Part shown: in pieces, positions 61,157 to 64,000 of the stretch
Numbering within the stretch: position 1 is the first letter of the stretch
Layout: each line of letters opens with the position of its first letter
Assembly (NCBI GenBank): GCA_034530875.2
Contig: JAVRCJ020000003.1
Span: 330,514 to 394,513 of the forward strand
DNA: 64,000 nucleotides
Origin: Nostoc sp. DedSLP01
Lineage (GTDB): Bacteria > Cyanobacteriota > Cyanobacteriia > Cyanobacteriales > Nostocaceae
Reading direction: 5' to 3'
Program-made: the position numbers and the translations under genes
Notes under the pieces: generated by a model
Database searches by the model: none
Told to the model about the DNA's origin: nothing
What the model saw: the letters and a program-made list of their open reading frames with translations, nothing else

Positions 61157-63787
61157 ATGAAACAGCTAGATAGAGTTTTGCTGGTAATAGGAATTGGCTT
61201 GGCTTGTGTGGTAATGGAGCCAAGTCAATTAGCAGTTTGGGGGCAAACTGAGAATTCTCAAACTCAACAAGCACAAAAACTGCTGGATATTGCAATAGAG
61301 CAAACGAACAAAGGACAACTACAAAAAGCTATTGCTACTCTTGAACAAGCATTATTGTTGGCACAGCAACAAAAAGATAGAAAACTGGAAGCAACTATTC
61401 TAACTAGGATTGGCTTGAACTACGCCAATATTGGGGAGCCAAAGCTGGCATTGGATTATTACAACCAATCTCTGCTCATTACAAAACAAGTGGGTGATCG
61501 CTCTGGTGAAGCTAGTACTCTGTCCAATATCGGTTTAGTCTACGCTGATATTGGGCAGCCACAGTTGGCATTGGCTTATTACAACCAATCTCTACCCATA
61601 ATAAAAGAAGTGGGCGATCGCGCTCGTGAAGCTAGTACTCTCAACAATATCGGTAATATTTACGCTCTTGTTGGGCAGCAGCAAACGTCATTGGCATATT
61701 ACAACCAATCTCTGATCATTAGAAAACAAGTGGGCGACCGCGCTGGTGAAGCTACTACTCTAAGTAATATCGGTAATATTTATGCCCTTCTTGGGCAGCC
61801 AAAGTTGGCATTGGATTATTACAACCAATCTCTATCCATTTCAGAAGAAGTGGTCGACCGCGCTGGTGAAGCTACTACTCTAAATAATATCGGTAATGTC
61901 TACGATCGCATTGGGCAGCCAAAGTTGGCATTGGATTATTACAACCAATCTCTCGTCATTATAAGACAAGTGGGCAACCGTGCTGGTGAAGCTACTACTC
62001 TAAGTAATATTGGTAATGTCTACGATCGCATTGGGCAGCTAAAGTTGGCATTGGATTATTACAACCAATCTCTGCCCATTTTCCAACAAGTGGGCAACCG
62101 TGCTGGTGAAGCTACTACTCTAAGTAATATTGGTAATGTCTACGATCGCATTGGGGAGCTAAAGTTGGCATTGGATTATTACAACCAATCTCTGCCCATT
62201 TTCCAACAAGTGGGCAACCACGCTGGTGAAGCTACCACTCTAAGTAATATCGGTGGTGTCTATGCCCGTATTGGGGAGCTGAACAAAGCAACTACATATT
62301 TCAAGGTATCACTGACTCGGATATTAAAAATAGGCGTCAATATTACCAAAGATGAAGGCCTTAACCTTTTACAATTACAAGAAAACACTAAGGCTGTCAT
62401 TAGTATTCTTATTAAATCAAATAAATTTCAAAATGCTTATGAACTTGCGTATGAACAGGCTAACTTTATTAACACTGTTAGTCTGATTGATTATATTCGT
62501 TTTATTAATCCCAAATTAAAAGACCCTGCATCTCAAAAAGCCATTAACGAGTGGAACCAACTCAACCAACAACTGCAATTAGTCCGGCAAAAACTACAGG
62601 AAAAATTTTCTGAACCCCTGTCACGACAAATGCGCGAACTTGAAGCGCAAGTCTTTAAAAAAGGTGAAGAAATTTCCCAAAGCTTTCCAGAAGTTGCAGA
62701 AATATTTGAAACCACTCCCATTGATATTAGTCGTTTACAAGCAAATATTCCCACTGGTACAACACTTATCCATCCTGTCGTTTTAACTGATACAAATAAT
62801 GCACCCAATAAAATTGCCTTATTCATGTTAACTAAAAACAGCTTGACAGTAAAGCAAATCTCTATTTCCAAGCAGTTTTATAAGTTAGTGGAACAAACTT
62901 ACGAGCAATTAACTAATCGTCTAGATGATAAATATCTGGATAACTTGGAAAGTCTTTATAATCTACTAATTGCTCCAGTAGAAGCTGAAATTCAAGCAAC
63001 TAAGCCTCAACAACTTGGCATCATTGCCAACGGAGCTTTACGCTATATCCCCTTTGATGCTCTTTATGATAGTAAGAACAATCAATTTTTACTAGAGAAA
63101 TATCCTGTTAGCTATTTAACCCGTTTATCTACCCGTTCTTCTCAATCTCTCAAAACAAATTCTTCACCTGCCCAAAAACGAGTTCTGGCTTTTGGGAATC
63201 CATCTCCTAATGGCTTGCTCGCACTTACAAATGCAGAAATCGAAGTCAAAAAAATCGCTGATACACTCCCAGGAAGTAAATTCTTTACTGGTGACAAAGC
63301 AACTCTTGATTCATTTAAAATTTTAGCTCCTCAATTTCCTTTGCTGCATTTGGCAACACATGGCTGTTTTCAACGTGGTGGTTGTCCTAAATTAAAGCTA
63401 AAAGAAAATATTCTGGTGTTTGCCAACAACGAAGAACTTAACATTGCTGATGCTGCTCGACTGGGATTAGAAAATGTTGATTTAATTACCCTTAGTGCTT
63501 GTCAAACTGCTCTGCAAACTGATAGTTCTGGCAAACCTATTATTGATAATAACGACGCTTCGATTACTGGACTTGCTTATTTATTTGAGAGAGCAGGTGC
63601 TAAGGCTGTGATTGCGAATCTTTGGAGTATTGATGACCAAGCTACACAAGATATTATGGTCAAATTTTACGAAAACCTCAAGGAGGGGAAGAGTAAAACA
63701 CAGGCACTACGCGAAGCTAAACTCACTCAGATTAAAAGACACCCTTTTTTCTGGTCTTCTTTTGTTCTGATTGGTGACCCTAATTAA
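61157..63787 (+). CDS. Exported TPR-repeat CHAT domain protein
   Basis: Signal peptide; about 8 TPRs of 40 aa (120-bp tandem repeats, ~61400-62280); HLATHG and LSACQT dyad; HPFFWSSFVLIG. Confidence 0.92.
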   Translation: MKQLDRVLLVIGIGLACVVMEPSQLAVWGQTENSQTQQAQKLLDIAIEQTNKGQLQKAIATLEQALLLAQQQKDRKLEATILTRIGLNYANIGEPKLALDYYNQSLLITKQVGDRSGEASTLSNIGLVYADIGQPQLALAYYNQSLPIIKEVGDRAREASTLNNIGNIYALVGQQQTSLAYYNQSLIIRKQVGDRAGEATTLSNIGNIYALLGQPKLALDYYNQSLSISEEVVDRAGEATTLNNIGNVYDRIGQPKLALDYYNQSLVIIRQVGNRAGEATTLSNIGNVYDRIGQLKLALDYYNQSLPIFQQVGNRAGEATTLSNIGNVYDRIGELKLALDYYNQSLPIFQQVGNHAGEATTLSNIGGVYARIGELNKATTYFKVSLTRILKIGVNITKDEGLNLLQLQENTKAVISILIKSNKFQNAYELAYEQANFINTVSLIDYIRFINPKLKDPASQKAINEWNQLNQQLQLVRQKLQEKFSEPLSRQMRELEAQVFKKGEEISQSFPEVAEIFETTPIDISRLQANIPTGTTLIHPVVLTDTNNAPNKIALFMLTKNSLTVKQISISKQFYKLVEQTYEQLTNRLDDKYLDNLESLYNLLIAPVEAEIQATKPQQLGIIANGALRYIPFDALYDSKNNQFLLEKYPVSYLTRLSTRSSQSLKTNSSPAQKRVLAFGNPSPNGLLALTNAEIEVKKIADTLPGSKFFTGDKATLDSFKILAPQFPLLHLATHGCFQRGGCPKLKLKENILVFANNEELNIADAARLGLENVDLITLSACQTALQTDSSGKPIIDNNDASITGLAYLFERAGAKAVIANLWSIDDQATQDIMVKFYENLKEGKSKTQALREAKLTQIKRHPFFWSSFVLIGDPN

Positions 63788-63814
63788 GAATAGGCTTGAA
63801 CCTTAATTAAAAGC

Positions 63815-64000
63815 CTACCCTATACACACAAGTCGGATTTCTTTTCAAATTCTGAGCATTACCCCCCTTAATCCCCCCTTGTCAAGGGGGGAAATAAGAA
63901 ATCTAGTTCCCTCCCCTTAGAAAGCTACGGTGTACACACAAGTCCAAGTAAAGTAATAAGAGCAAGAGTTGTGGGGAGTAAAAGGTGGTGAAAAATCCAA
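63815..64000. mobile_element. Inverted degenerate copy of the 180-bp MITE, interrupted at 63925 by a further element with the same TIR (runs off the window)
   Basis: CTACCCTATACACACAAGTCGGA at 63815; interior is the reverse complement of ~51410-51470; perfect CTACGGTGTACACACAAGT at 63925. Confidence 0.7.

Noticed and set aside
61400..62280. Regular ~120-bp repeats as a CRISPR array
   Set aside because: They are in-frame TPR coding repeats with no unique spacers.
1..64000. tRNA, rRNA or known riboswitch genes
   Set aside because: None recognised by eye; a tRNAscan or Infernal run would be needed to exclude them.

Overview
64 kb of chromosome from a filamentous, probably heterocystous (Nostoc/Anabaena-like) cyanobacterium. 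The evidence is abundant HIP1 (GCGATCGC), heptameric STRR repeats, pcxA, xisI and pentapeptide-repeat genes. Housekeeping and metabolic genes (msrA, a cysteine desulfurase, DAHP synthase, an RND pump, menH, invertase, a P-type ATPase, a metK paralogue) are mixed with accessory segments. The best find is missing from the ORF track: two complete ribosome-dependent attenuators lie in tandem upstream of a DAHP synthase gene that lacks an N-terminal regulatory domain. Each has a Phe/Tyr/Trp-rich leader peptide, an antiterminator and a terminator. Other notable items: (1) a C-R-M restriction-modification cassette with a visible shared operator and atypical MTase motifs; (2) an AT-rich island encoding a multi-GAF kinase, a receiver protein, an S8 protease, a small hydrophobic protein and a CHAT protease, beside an IS630 relic; (3) an ATPase/divergent MetK/HMA-like module with a poly-A frameshift; (4) nested MITEs with clear TIRs and a TSD. 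I saw no rRNA, tRNA or CRISPR array. All family assignments come from motif recognition by eye; no database searches were run.
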